Shown: in pieces, positions 1 to 12,059 of the stretch
How the letters are laid out: every line of letters starts with the position of its first letter
Position numbering within the stretch: position 1 is the first letter of the stretch
NCBI RefSeq assembly: GCF_018350175.1
Contig: NC_058368.1
Coordinates: 51,151,815 to 51,215,814, forward strand
Length of the DNA: 64,000 bases
From: Felis catus
Lineage: Eukaryota
Direction of reading: 5' to 3'
Notes under the pieces: generated by a model
The model's input: the letters and a program-made list of their open reading frames with translations, nothing else
Told to the model about the DNA's origin: nothing
Database searches by the model: none
Position numbers and translations under genes: made by a program

Positions 1-2819
1 ACGCACACTCAGGGATCACCAGAGGAACTTTGGGAACTCAGCAAAGAGTTGCACTCTGGTTAAGGGTTATACAGTGCAAGGTTACGTGACAGGGTCAACT
101 GGAGTAAAAGACACTGGCAGAGTCTGGAGGTTTGTGACGCCCCCTCCCACCAGCGAGGAGACACGTGAGTGTGTTCCTCTCTCCAGGAGTGAAAAATTCA
201 CTGAAGTCGGTACACTGTGTCTGCCCTGGGAAGAGACTCTGCACCCAAGGCTTTTAACAGTGTCTGGTCACGTAGGTCCCCTCCACCCAGCAACGATCAA
301 AATCGCCAACTCCAAGAAGGCGAGAACAGCGATGTCTGCACAGCCTAGGCCAAGCGAACCAGTTTTATGAGTCAGGGAGTGTGTATGTGCCAAGCTCCCA
401 GACGCCAGCCGAGATGAACCAAAGGCAGCAGCTTATGGCCTCCTATGGTCTCCTTTCTGCACAACTTTTCCCAGACTAAAATGCCTTTCTTTCCTATTTG
501 TGTGGCTTTGTGGGGGACAGACACATGACGACCAACTGGACTTTGCCTCCACCCCAGGAATTGTCTCTGCGCTGTAGCACTTGAGCTGTGTGTTCCATCA
601 CAGTATTAACTAAAACTGGTATCCCTGGGGCTTAAAGCTGTCACAGACCAAAGAGCTGTCGTGATTTTAACCCAGGCACTGAAAACGAAAATGTGACTTT
701 AAAGAGAAATTTTATATATTATGTTTTATAACAACTTTACTTGCAACCCTTTATCTAAAAAAGTTATCAGATAAGTCTCTTCCGACCCCACCTTAAGGTC
801 TGTAATGGCTCATGGAGGGAATCTCTTTGGAGAAGCTGAGTAGCTAGTGGGCATTCATTACCAACAAATTCATATCAAGGGCCTAATACAACAGAGGATG
901 TTCTCAGTGCAGGTGATAAAGCAGTCAATAGAATATTCAAGAACCTTTTACAATCATGAGCTTATAATCCAGTATGAGTAGAGAGCCCAGCAAAACAAGT
1001 ACCTAGGACAAGGAAAGTGCTCCATACCTATTCCGGCCTGGCTGTGCTTCCTTCATGCTTCCCCGGAGCGAATGTGAACCTTCCTTCAGTGGACTTCATA
1101 GTTTCTAGCTCTTCTGGGCCGGAGCATGACCTGTGACATTAAAAGATTTGTGGCACTGTAGAAATGCAGCTTCCCTGTCAATTCTGGAAGGACTTCCCTG
1201 CAGAGAGCAAAGCTACAGGGATCAGAAGACGGGGGGGGGGGGGGGGGTGCAAAGCCACAATAAGATACCCCACTTTCCCTACAGCAGAGGTGTGCCCCTG
1301 TACACACACACGTGTTGTGTCTTCCCATCATACGAAATCTACCAGCAGTGTTGCAGATTTTTATCACTCGGTGAAATTGTTTCATTCTCCCTCTCTTCTC
1401 CTATCCCATATTAAAAAACAACAAAAAAACCCCACACAAAACAGTATAGCGGTAGTTCACAGCTAGTGATCGTTGAAAAGACATCCAAAACAGAGGAGTG
1501 TTGCACAGGCTACTCTGGTTCCTGCTAAAGCCTGGGTGCCCAGCGACTGACAGCTGAACACTGAACACGTCAAAAGAATGTATGATACACAGTAACTTTA
1601 AGAAGGGTCCTGGCTTTATCTGAATCGTAAAGAACAGAATACCTTCACAGAAATCATGAAGATTAGTCATCTAGTTCAGTTGTAAATGCTGAAATCAACA
1701 TTCAGAGGTGAGCATCTCACTTAAATTCTCCCTGCTTTCTGTTGCAGTTATTATTAAAAATAATCCAACCCACCCCAGCTACAGCTGGTGTCCGTACAGG
1801 AACCAAACTGGAGGTTCAGGAAAAAGCCTTTGGAACAGCCCAACGCCCATCTGTTTGAAACACGGCATGAGAGTGTTGTTTCCGACTTTAAAAAACGAAA
1901 GACAGAAATGAAAGCGTGCTTGTTTAGAAACCATGTATCTCTGAATGATTCAGTGATGGTTATTTAATCTTTGAGCCAAGATCACACTGAAAGTTCCTAT
2001 CAGTAAGTGACAAAGTGGGTACTTCATTTGGCTGGAGCTGAATCTTTTCACTTGAACAATTTCTTCTAATTATTATAAGTAAAATATCACTTTTCAAATC
2101 CATTACAAAACATTATAAAATAGCCATTCTTCCTATTCCTTCAAAAAGCTCGTGCAGAGGGGCAGCACCTGTGCGGCTCGGACACCCCCGCCCCCCGCAG
2201 CCGTGTTTGCATCTAGGCTTCTGTGCAGCCGTGGCTCCAGCAGCATCACCGAACCTATCAGAAGAGGGGACAACGGAGTGGAGGAAAATGCTTCTTCAGC
2301 AACAGACAGCAGGACTGTGAAGAGAGTTACAATGATTAGCTTGCACTGGCCTCTCAAATGCTGCAGTGTGGAACAACAGCCCACGGGCACTCTGCACATA
2401 AAGTATCTGTTCTGACACGTGGCTTCATTTAAATATTCCCTTCGTAAGAGAAATGAAGGCTGTATGTACTAGGATCAATAGGAAATAATAAAGCAAGTAT
2501 AATTTGATCCATACAGCTGAATGGTATCACACAAGAGAATTGCTGCATTGAAATTTGCTTCTTACAGAGAAAGCCAATATATGTTGAAAGAATATTTTCC
2601 CTATGATTCAAAGCCATCTGGTGTCATCATCTTAAATCACTGTCCCTTACCATGTCCGCCCCCCCCTGCCCTAATGCCAATCACCAAATATGGCAACCCC
2701 ACAATGAAAGATGATTTGTTAAGTAGTCACATTTATATTCATCTGGAGGAAGGAAAATAGGAAAGCACTGTAGAGCCTGCTTACCCAGCAGTAAGCTTTT
2801 CATCCTTTTCTCCCCTTCC

Positions 2820-2987
2820 ATCCACACTGAATAGCGTGACCCACTGTGACTTCACAAGCAGGAAGGTTGTAGCTGCCAGCACACTGGAAATGAAGCACCC
2901 GCTGATAGGCATCTTGGCACAGCGGAGGGCTGAAAGAGTCCTTTACAGAACTGTTGACAGGGCAGTTCTGGGCCACCCCAAAACCAC
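2820..2987 (-). pseudogene. ES1/GATD3-like pseudogene, internal exon B (frameshifted)
   Basis: Acceptor tttgtag|GT. Reads GGFGVAQNCPVNSSVK, shift, TLSALRCAKMPISGCFISSVLAATTF, shift, PACEVTVGH. This matches GATD3 GGFGAAKNL...[26 protein letters not shown]. Confidence 0.82.
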
Positions 2988-3056
2988 CTACAAAGACAAG
3001 GAACCCAGGATTATTTGAGGCAGCTGACAAGAAGAACCTATGAACAATTAATTCTT

Positions 3057-3650
3057 TTTTTTGGTAATTTTTATTCATTTATTTTTAATATTATTTTTAA
3101 TTTTTTAAATTTATATCCAAATTAGTTAGTATATACTGCAACAATGATTTCAGGACTAGATTCCTTAGTGCCCCTTACCCAGTTAGCCCATCCCCCTCCC
3201 ACAACCCTCCAGTAACCCTCAGTTTGTTCTCCATATTTATGAGTCTCTTCTGTTGTGTCCCCCTCCCTGTTTTTATATTATTTTTGTTTCCCTTCCCTTA
3301 TGTTCATCTGTTTTGTCTCTTAAAGTCCTCATATGAGTGAAGTCATATGATTTTTGTCTTTCTCTGACTGACTAATTTCACTTAGCATAATACCCTCCAG
3401 TTCCATCCACGTAGTTGCAAATGGCAAGATTTCATTCTTTTTGGCTGCCAAGTACTACTCCATTGTATATATATACCCCATCTTCTTTATCCATTCATCC
3501 ATCAATGGATATTTGGGCTCTTTCCATACTTTGGCTATTGTTGATAGTGCTGCTATAAATGGGGGTGCACGTGTCCCTTCCAAACAGCACACCTGTATCC
3601 CTTGGATAAATGTCTAGTAGTGCAATTGCTGGGTCGTACGGTAGTTCTAT
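3057..3650 (-). mobile_element. 5'-truncated LINE-1 3' end (carnivore L1)
   Basis: L1 3' UTR and ORF2-end sequence with a T-rich tail. TSD ctatgaacaattaattctt at 3038-3056 and 3647-3665. Confidence 0.9.
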
Positions 3651-3834
3651 GAACAATTAATTCTTAAGCAAAGAATTAAGGTATATGAGAGCAATAACAC
3701 GTTATTAGAAAGGAAAAATAGCATTTCTTTAAGACTCTGGGGTTGACAATGACTCTAGTTAATTCATTAACTTCATTTTACAAAGTCAGAGTTGCAACCT
3801 CTATCTGTCAAAGTTGTTCAGAGATCATTTTGAC

Positions 3835-4032
3835 TTTTATTTTTTTAAGTTTACTTATTTATTTTGAGAGTGAGAGAAAAAAGAGAGCGCGCGCACGTGC
3901 ATAAGCAGGGGAGAGAGAGAATCCCAAGCAGGCTCCAAGATCGGCACAGAGCCTGGTCCCACGAACCGTGAGATCATGACCAGAGCCAAAATCAGAGTCA
4001 GATGCTCAACCAAGCGAGCCACCCAGGCGCCC
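3835..4032 (-). mobile_element. CAN-SINE (SINEC_Fc type)
   Basis: Reverse complement of ggggcgcctgggtggctc...(CT)n...aaataaa. Confidence 0.85.
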
Positions 4033-4604
4033 CTCAGAGATCCTTTTGTAAAGAGCTGATGCCAAATGCTAAAACACCAACCCAATTATTAGGGAGTTTA
4101 CATGGCTTCAATGTAGCCCTGTAGCAAATGGATTTTACAGATATAGAGGGTTTATATTAACCAAATAATAAGCACCATTTTGCATCAACAGTAAAATTCT
4201 GAAGACACAAGCTGGGATACCCATGTTGATAATAATTTTTGCTAAATACTTCAAGCGTGGTACAAATAGAACTATGTATTTTTAAAAAGCATTGGGGTAA
4301 TTTCATTTCTTCTAAAAACAAAATGCATCTTCATGTGTTAGAATAAAATACTTTTTTTTCAAATCACAGTAATTTTTAAAAATTGATTTACAAGTAACAC
4401 CATTTTAGATGTGAAAATACTAATTTTAACATCAGACCTCAAGGGCAATCATCTTTACAAACTGTCTCAGGGCATGCCTATTGGCAGTGAAAGAAAAAAG
4501 AATACAACTAAAAGACACCAGCAACTCAAATAAAATTATCTCCTTTACTGCCCTCACCCTGCATTTGGTAAATAGATATTTTAATTTATGTTATATATAT
4601 AGTA

Positions 4605-5090
4605 TGTAGAAAGTCTTCAAAGATGGTGCCCTAATATGCACGCCTCCTGGTACTCGTGCCTTTTGGTATTCTCCTTTCTTTGAACCTAGTCTCCCTTTTG
4701 ATCAACAGAATGTGGCATAAGTGATTCTGAGGGACATCTGTGGCTAGAGCAGAAGAGGAAAGCCTGGGTCTCTTGGAATGCTTGCTCTGGGGGATGCCAG
4801 CTTGCATGTGAGAAGCTCAGACACCCCAAGGTCTGTAAGTTACAAAGAAGCCCAAGATTGCCACATGGAATGGCCAGATGGCTGCACAGCCAACCAATCC
4901 CGACTCAGGCATCAGACTGGAGCCTGATTGAATCTTCAGATGTCTGCAGCTCCAGCCACCATGCAGCTGCAGGAGAGGCCTCAAGCAAAGCTCAAGCTAA
5001 GCCTAGTCAACCAACAGAACCAGGAAAGATAATAAATTATTAAGACACTAAATTTTAGTGGTAATTGTCATATAGCAACAGATATCTGGA
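4605..5090 (-). mobile_element. MaLR (MLT1-like) LTR, diverged
   Basis: Ends with taaattttagtggtaattgtcatatagcaacagatatctggaataca-like sequence, a reverse-oriented MLT terminus. Confidence 0.55.
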
Positions 5091-5162
5091 ATACTTTATA
5101 TGTAAAATAGCAGTAAGCAACCTGCTCAGATAAATATGTATAAGCATCCACAAGTGGCACAC

Positions 5163-6183
5163 TTTTGTTTTTTTACATTTACCTATTTTTGAGAGACAGA
5201 GAGAGACAGAGCACAAGTAGGGGAGGGGCAGAGAGAAAATGAGACGCAGAATCCCAAGCAGGCTCCAGGCTTTGAGCTGTCAGCACAGAGCCCGACGCGG
5301 GGCTCGAACTCACAAACTACAAGATCATGACCTGAGCCAAAGTCGGATGCTTAACCAACTGAGCCATCCAGGTGCCCCCTCACTTTTTTTAAATGTTATT
5401 TATTTTTGAGAGAGAGAGAGAGAATGAGCAGAGGAGGCACAGAGAGAGGGAGACACAGAATCTGAAGCAGGCTCCAGGCGCTGTGCTGTCAGCACAGAGC
5501 ACAGTGCAGGGCTTGAACTCACGAACTGTGAGGTCATGACCTGAGCTGAAATGGGACACTTAACTGAATGAGCCACCCAGGTGTCCCAGCACACTTCTTA
5601 CCTAAAACGATGATTTCCGATTCTCACTGTGGGACATCTCCTAACTGCCTCCATAGATTTCAACAATATTGTGAATGTTTAAAATACTCTTAAAATAGGG
5701 TCACCTGGGTGGCTGAGTCAGTGAAGTGTCTGACTCTTGATTTCGGCTCAGGTCATGATCTCACAGTTTGGGAGATGGAGCCCTGCATCAGGCTCTGCAA
5801 TGGCAGTGTGGAGCCTGCTTGGGATTCTCTCTCTCCCTCTCTCTCTGCCCCACCCCCATGTGTGCATGTGTGCACGCTCTCTCTCAAAATAAATAAATAA
5901 ACATTTAAAAAAAACAAAATAATCTTAAAATAAAACTGATTGTTAGTGTTTAAACAAACTAAACCAACTTGGGACACCTGGGTGGCTCAGTTGGTTGAAC
6001 ATCAGACTCTTGATTTCCTGGCTCAGGTCATGATCTCACGGTTCGTGAGTTTGAGCCCCACGTTGCTCTCTGCGCCAACAGTGAGGAGCCTGCTTGGGAT
6101 TCTCTCTTTCCCTCTTTCTCTCTCTGCCCCTCCCCTGCTCTCTCCCTCTTTCAAAATAAATAAATAAATTATATATATATATG

Positions 6184-6216
<33 letters not shown>

Positions 6217-6626
6217 GTATGTATATATGTATATGTACATATATACATACATGTATATATGTATACATATATATATAATTAAACTAAAACTGGTTAGTTT
6301 GAAAAATAAATATATAACATTGAATTCCTTATGAGGGGATTAAATAAAAGGAAAAAAAATACTTAAGACAATTATACTTGTAAGTCAATATTTATTTTAT
6401 TTTTTAAAGAAATTTTTTAAACGTTTTTATTTATTTTTGAGACAGAGAGAGACAGAGCATGAGCAGGGGAGGGGCAGAGAGAGAGAGGGAGACACAGAAT
6501 CCGAAGCAGGCTCCAGGCTCCGAGGCATCAGCCCAGAGCCCGACGCGGGGCTCAGACTCACGGAGTGTGAGATCATGACCTGAGCCGAAGTCGGACGCCC
6601 AACCGACTGAGCCACCCAGGTGCCCC
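5163..6626. mobile_element. Cluster of five CAN-SINEs (5163-5378 -, 5382-5587 -, 5697-5915 +, 5970-6170 +, 6405-6626 -)
   Basis: Each has the tRNA-like head (cctgggtggctcag), a (CT)n tract and an A-rich tail. A (TA)/(CA) microsatellite lies at 6170-6280. Confidence 0.88.
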
Positions 6627-6889
6627 AATCATTTATTTTAAAAGGTAGGTATACATCCATATGTACAGGCATGTAGATAGGCAGGTCACCTATCTATAAA
6701 GTGATCACTGTGCTGAAAAGGTCTAGAAACAGGCAACCCTCCACTGTGATTTCCAGAGTCTTGAGGCCTCAAAATGTGGGCTGCATGCCACATGCCACCT
6801 GTCACCTGAGAGCTGAATAAGAATCTGCACTGTAACAAGATCTCCAGGTGAATCACCTACCAATTAAACTTAGAGATATGCCGTTCTAG

Positions 6890-7225
6890 TGCAGTGGATC
6901 CCAAATTTGTCTGCATATGAGAATCACCTAGGAACCTTAAAACTTCCGAAATTTTGGGAGGGAGGACACAGGCATTGGTGGTTTTAAAGCCTACCAGGTG
7001 ATTCCAGGTGCAGCCAAGTCTGGGAACCACTGGTCATTCTTGATAGAGCACTGGTTCTCAATCGTTGCTACACAGTGGAAGAACCTGTAAAGCATCAAAA
7101 AGCACTGACATCTGTTTCCACCCCCAGAAAGTCTGATGTAACTGGTCTGAGATGTGACCCAGGCACTGAGACTGTTTAAAGGCTTTCCAAGTGACTTTCA
7201 TGTGCAGCAAAGTTTGAGAACCATG
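6890..7225. mobile_element. Two adjacent MER5-like (hAT-Charlie) MITEs
   Basis: cagtggatcccaaa...tgggaaccactg and ctggttctcaa...tttgagaacc termini with gaatcacct cores. Confidence 0.6.
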
Positions 7226-7354
7226 ACCTACCTCCTGGCACAGAGGCTTCAAAATGGCAGCTGAATCTGTGCAGCTTTTGCTGGAAGAGGGTTTAGAGTC
7301 AGTGAACATTAATTAAAATGAACAGTTGGCCTCAACAGCTTTCAGCTAACTCAC

Positions 7355-7525
7355 CGGTGTAATGGCAGCTTCAAGCTTGCTGGAGTTCAGGTCTGCCAAA
7401 TCTTGTAGGCCCCCATGGGCTCTTCTGGCACTTTCCTTTGGTACATTTCTCTTCTCTTCTGTTGGGCTCCCTTTCAAGTGATTAACAATGTACATCTGCT
7501 CAGCATTAGGAGCAAATAGCTTCAC
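7355..7525 (-). pseudogene. ES1/GATD3-like (DJ-1/PfpI superfamily) pseudogene, internal exon A
   Basis: Flanked by tttttgaag| and |gtgagt. Encodes VKLFAPNAEQMYIVNHLKGSPTEEKRNVPKESARRAHGGLQDLADLNSSKLEAAITP, which aligns by eye with GATD3/ES1 [58 protein letters not shown]. Confidence 0.85.
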
Positions 7526-7812
7526 CTTCAAAAATAGAAATAAAAACAAATGATGTCATTGCCTCTTTGAAAACAATCAAGCAAATCAATCTTAGAGCCT
7601 AAATAAACCAGGAAGGAAAGTCAGAAAACCACTAAGTAATTCCGTATGCCTTCAGGGCCAACACCAACTACAAATATCAGCCACAAGAAAGAAACTGCAG
7701 GGGACTTCTAGAGGGGAAAAAAAGAGCTATAAATTAGCTTCTAGAAAGAAAGTAGAACAGAAACAGGTTGCTTTCCAAATACATCTATCTATCTATCTAC
7801 ACACATACAGAA

Positions 7813-7813
<1 letters not shown>

Positions 7814-7857
<44 letters not shown>
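7814..7857. repeat. (TG)n microsatellite
   Basis: Uninterrupted TG dinucleotide run of about 22 units. Confidence 0.95.
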
Positions 7858-7859
<2 letters not shown>

Positions 7860-7861
<2 letters not shown>

Positions 7862-8640
7862 CAGTTTACCCTTGAACAATACAGGAGTTAGGGACACTGA
7901 CCTCCTATGCAGTCAAAAATTCATCTATTGGGGCACTTGGATGGTTCATGCAGTTAAGCATCTGACTCCTGATTTCAGCTCAGGTCATGATTTCACAGTT
8001 CATGGGACTGAGTTCTGCACCCAGCTCCGTACTGATGGCACAGAGCCTGCTTGGGATTCTCTCTCTCCCTCCCTGCACCTCCCCTGCTTACATATGTGCA
8101 CTCTCTCTTAAAATAAATAAATAAACATTCTTAAAAATTTTGTGTATAGGGGCACCTGGGTGGCTCAGTCAGTTGGGCCTCTGACTTTGGCTTGGGTCAT
8201 GATCTCACAGTTTGTGAGTTCAAACCCCGCATCGGGCTCTGTGCTGACAGCTCAGAGCCTGGAGCTTGCTTTGGATTCTGTGTCTCCCTCTCTCTCTGCC
8301 CACCCCCCCCCCCCCACTTGCACTCTGTCTCTCTGTCTCTCAAAAATAAATAAACATTAAAAAAATTTTGTGTATAACTTCTGACTCCCCAAAAACTTAA
8401 CTACTAATAGACTACTGTTGACCAAAAACCTTACTGATAACATAAACTGTCAATTAATACATATTTTGTATGTTATATATATTATATACTGCACTCTAAC
8501 AATATAGTAAACTAGGAGAAAAGAAAATGTTAAGAACATCATAAGAGAAAATACATTAACAGTACTGTATTGTATTTATTTGAAAAAATTCTGCATATAA
8601 GTGGTCCCACGCAGTTCAAACCCATGTTGTTCAAGAGTAC
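7860..8640. mobile_element. Tigger3/MER7-like non-autonomous DNA transposon split by two SINEs
   Basis: Terminal inverted repeats cagtttacccttgaacaa...ttgttcaagagt. SINEs inserted at about 7930-8125 and 8148-8365. Confidence 0.75.
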
Positions 8641-9335
8641 ACAATTTTTAAAGAGATATAAGAGAGGTTCCAATTTTATAGATAGGAACATATAGGGCTC
8701 AAAACCATAGGAGGGTTGATTAAATTTAGCTTTAAAATCTTTCTAAAGCAGGGATTCTCAACCCTGGCTGCGTATTAGAATCACTTGGGCAACTTGAGGC
8801 CCAAACAGAACAGGTACATGGAAATTTCTGGGAATGAAGCACCATCTTGGATGGTGGTATGTCTTAAAATCTCCTTAAAATCTTCCATCATTTGCAGGGT
8901 TAGCAATGACTGATCTAAAGCAAATGGAAAATAAAACTCACAAACTCAGGGCTCTGAGTTAAAATCTCAAGGGTTTAAATGCCAACAGCCCAAAGTAGAC
9001 CATTTGGAAGCCCTTGCTTGACCCACCTTCACACATCCAGCCCAACCAAGCTCTGGATTGACACCCCCAGTCTGCCATCAGAAACCGTTCCTCTTTCCCC
9101 AACTGTTGGATCCTGCATGGGCGCTGATCTGGGGAGCCATGAGGATTTGGAAGCAAGGAAGGAAGCTCAGGGTGGGCACCTATATACTAGGGGGCCTTGG
9201 TGTCCTACCTTCTTCACTGACTTCTACCCCACCTCAAAACTTGCAGGTGTACTTCTCCAGGAACTGGACAAGACTGGTCTGAGTCAAACGTCCCTTGGCT
9301 TTCTGAGAAGGCATCATTAAGACCTGAAAGCATAT

Positions 9336-9540
9336 GGGTGCCCGGGTGGCTCAGTCGGTTGAGCATCCAACTTTTGATTTTGGCTCAGGTCATGATCCCA
9401 GAGTCGAGGGATTGAGCCCTGCATGAGCGTGGAGTCTGCTTAAGATTCTCTCTCTCTCCCTCTGCCCCTTTCCATGCTTACACACTCTCACACTCTCTCT
9501 CAAATAAAAAAAAAAGAGAGAAACTTTATTTAAAAAAAAG
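9336..9540 (+). mobile_element. CAN-SINE
   Basis: SINE head, CT tract and A tail. Confidence 0.8.
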
Positions 9541-9705
9541 ACTAGAAAGTGTATGACTATGTCTTAGCTTCCTGTTATTAAACTTTGTATTTGATTAAAA
9601 TATATATTAATATTCTAAACATTCTCTCTTCCCTGTAGTTTTGGTTTTACAAAATTGAGCAATATCTCCTGTCTGTGGGATAGATCTCTCTATGGGAGAG
9701 ATTCT

Positions 9706-9937
9706 TTTTTTTTTTTTTTTTAATTTTTTTTTTTCAACGTTTATTTATTTTTGGGACAGAGAGAGACAGAGCATGAACGGGGGAGGGGCAGAGAGAGAGG
9801 GAGACACAGAATCGGAAACAGGCTCCAGGCTCCGAGCCATCAGCCCAGAGCCCGACGCGGGGCTCGAACTCACAGACCGCGAGATGGTGACCTGGCTGAA
9901 GTCGGACGCTTAAGCGACTGCGCCACCCAGGCGCCCC
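9706..9937 (-). mobile_element. Young SINEC_Fc with perfect TSD
   Basis: CpG-rich near-consensus body. TSD tctatgggagagattct at 9689-9705 and 9938-9954. Confidence 0.92.
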
Positions 9938-11504
9938 TCTATGGGAGAGATTCTAAGCACAGATACAACCCATTATTAGTAAAAAGAGAAGAAGAAAAAA
10001 AAAACCCTTAAAACATTCTGAAGGTCAAGAAAGATGCAAAAAAAAATGTGGATTGGTTTTTAAACCAATAATTCCGGAAAACAGACTGGCTTGCTGTTGC
10101 TTTGTGAAATTAATCAGATCCACCTGCCTAAGGTGGAAGTGAAGATGAAAACTTAAATTTCACCTAACTCTACCCTGCCCCAGAATTCTATAACTCTATT
10201 TTTTCCTTTAAGAAGATGCCATACAGTTCCGCTGGTGTGCAACAGTTCAATGGTTGATAAACATGATTTTATCAGACTACAGTAATGTTCTGAGTGTTCT
10301 TAAGCTAACTGAGCAAGGACCCAGAGGGAAAAAATTGGATTAAAATTCAACCTATTTTTTGATGAAATCTTCAAAGATTAAAAATCATGAACTGCACAAT
10401 GAGGGATCAGGCAACAATAGTCTACAAGCATCTTTAGCCTGGGGTGCTGGGGTCATAGCCAAAAGGAACAGAAGGCAGAACCACACCACAGCAGATGGGA
10501 GCTAGTGAGAGGCTGATTTAGGGCTAATTTGAGGAACTGCTTTCTTGCCATTAGAGCCCACTGCTCACGGAATGAAGAGACTGCAGTCCCAAGAGAGGAG
10601 ATCCCCACCACTGACCGTGGTCAACTTGAAGCTTGTTTCTGCAGCTCTGGGAAGTCTTGAGTAGGATGGGAAGCTCCACTGTGGCCCTCTAGCGTGTTCC
10701 ATTATTTGTAAATTGTTACTCTGGAGAGGTGTCTCAGTTTTAAGCCATGTTCAAGTACATGCCCAGTGGGAATGCCCTGGTGCCCTTCAAATTGGAATTT
10801 CAGCTGTTATAGCTAGGATGTGTCCCCACGCCCTCACTTTTTGTGGGTCTTTAGGAGAGGCTTAGTTTAGGCTAGGTGATTTTGAACTGGGCCATGGTAT
10901 ATGGAGGAGAGCTAGGATTGGAGCCACCTAAACACTTAGATAAATGGGTGTTAAAATGGTGCCCTGCTTGGATCTCCACAGAATTCCTCAACCCAGTGCA
11001 GCAAGTGGTCAAAGGTGGGGGGGGATGGGGTGCGAGGGTGCAGGGAGGGTTAGGGGAGAACTAATTCCCATCAGCCCTCAGAAAACCTTGTATGCTTAGG
11101 GAAGCACCCCACGCTCCTGCCATCCCCAGCAAGGGTCATTGGTGGTCACCTATGGCCACTGCAGCCACCTCACTTATTCCATTATGCTTACAAATACCAT
11201 GAGGGTTCACTCATGTTGTGAGTGAAGGCATGCTGCTCTCTTGTAAAAAAAAAAAAAAAAAAAACGTGACTATAAGTTATTACACTTTTAATGCACTACT
11301 TATAGACATAAGTCAGTATCTTTGTATGAAAGTATGACAGGCCACAAATATCTCACCAGAAACAAGGCAGTTGATCCCATTGTCTTCAAGTGGATGAAAG
11401 GCCAAAGAAAGGGTAATGCAGAATCTTCTCCTCTGTTCACGTGGTAGAGCCCAACAAGGACGACCATCTGGGGATAAGGGGCCGAGGGCATTACAGAGCA
11501 TTTA

Positions 11505-11695
11505 GGGGTACCTGGGTGGCTCAGTTGGTTAAGCATCTGACTCTTGATTTCGGCTCAGGTCATGATTTCCCGGTTTGTGAGAGGAAGTCCTGCATTGGGC
11601 TCTGTGCTGACAGCGTGGAGCCTGTTTGGAATTCTCTTTCCTCTCTTTGCCCCTCTCCTGCTTGCACATGCTCTCTCTCAAAATAAATAAATTAA
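11505..11695 (+). mobile_element. CAN-SINE
   Basis: SINE head and tail, flanked by agagcattta / aaagcattta. Confidence 0.85.
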
Positions 11696-12059
11696 AGCAT
11701 TTAGAGTAGTATTATGGGCTATATATAGTAAGTGCTGGCCATTGTTCTCACTGGCTTAAGACTGAGGGGGGGGAGGGGGGGGAGGACCAGTCATTCCTCC
11801 ATTATTGTCTTCCTCACTGCACCACCACCTCCAAATAATGATTCTTATACTCAAATGTTTGTTGTCACCTAGTCTGGGCCCTGTGTGGCAGGGTAAGAGT
11901 TCCGTGCTAGAGAAGCCAAAGGAAGAGCCCAAAGTTGGATTGGTTTCTTGGTTTGGTTTGGTTTGGCTGGTAGTTACTGCGCAGAGGTCAGAAAACAGCT
12001 CCAAACACGCGGTGATCTCTACACAGACGCGGGGCCAGAAGAACAAGGCATTCTGAGTC

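Noticed and set aside
1..2800. Searched for the last GATD3-like exon (WPYA...VTTxAFMC...DGIG)
   Set aside because: Only faint matches were found (cag|A TGG GCG TTG GGC TGT near 1850; TTG CCA TAT near 2695). Neither is convincing. The exon may be deleted or lie left of the window.
5400..6672. Recurrent ORFs with WVAQSV...AQVMIS...SLEPASDSVSPSLS
   Set aside because: These are translations of CAN-SINE bodies, repeated throughout the window.
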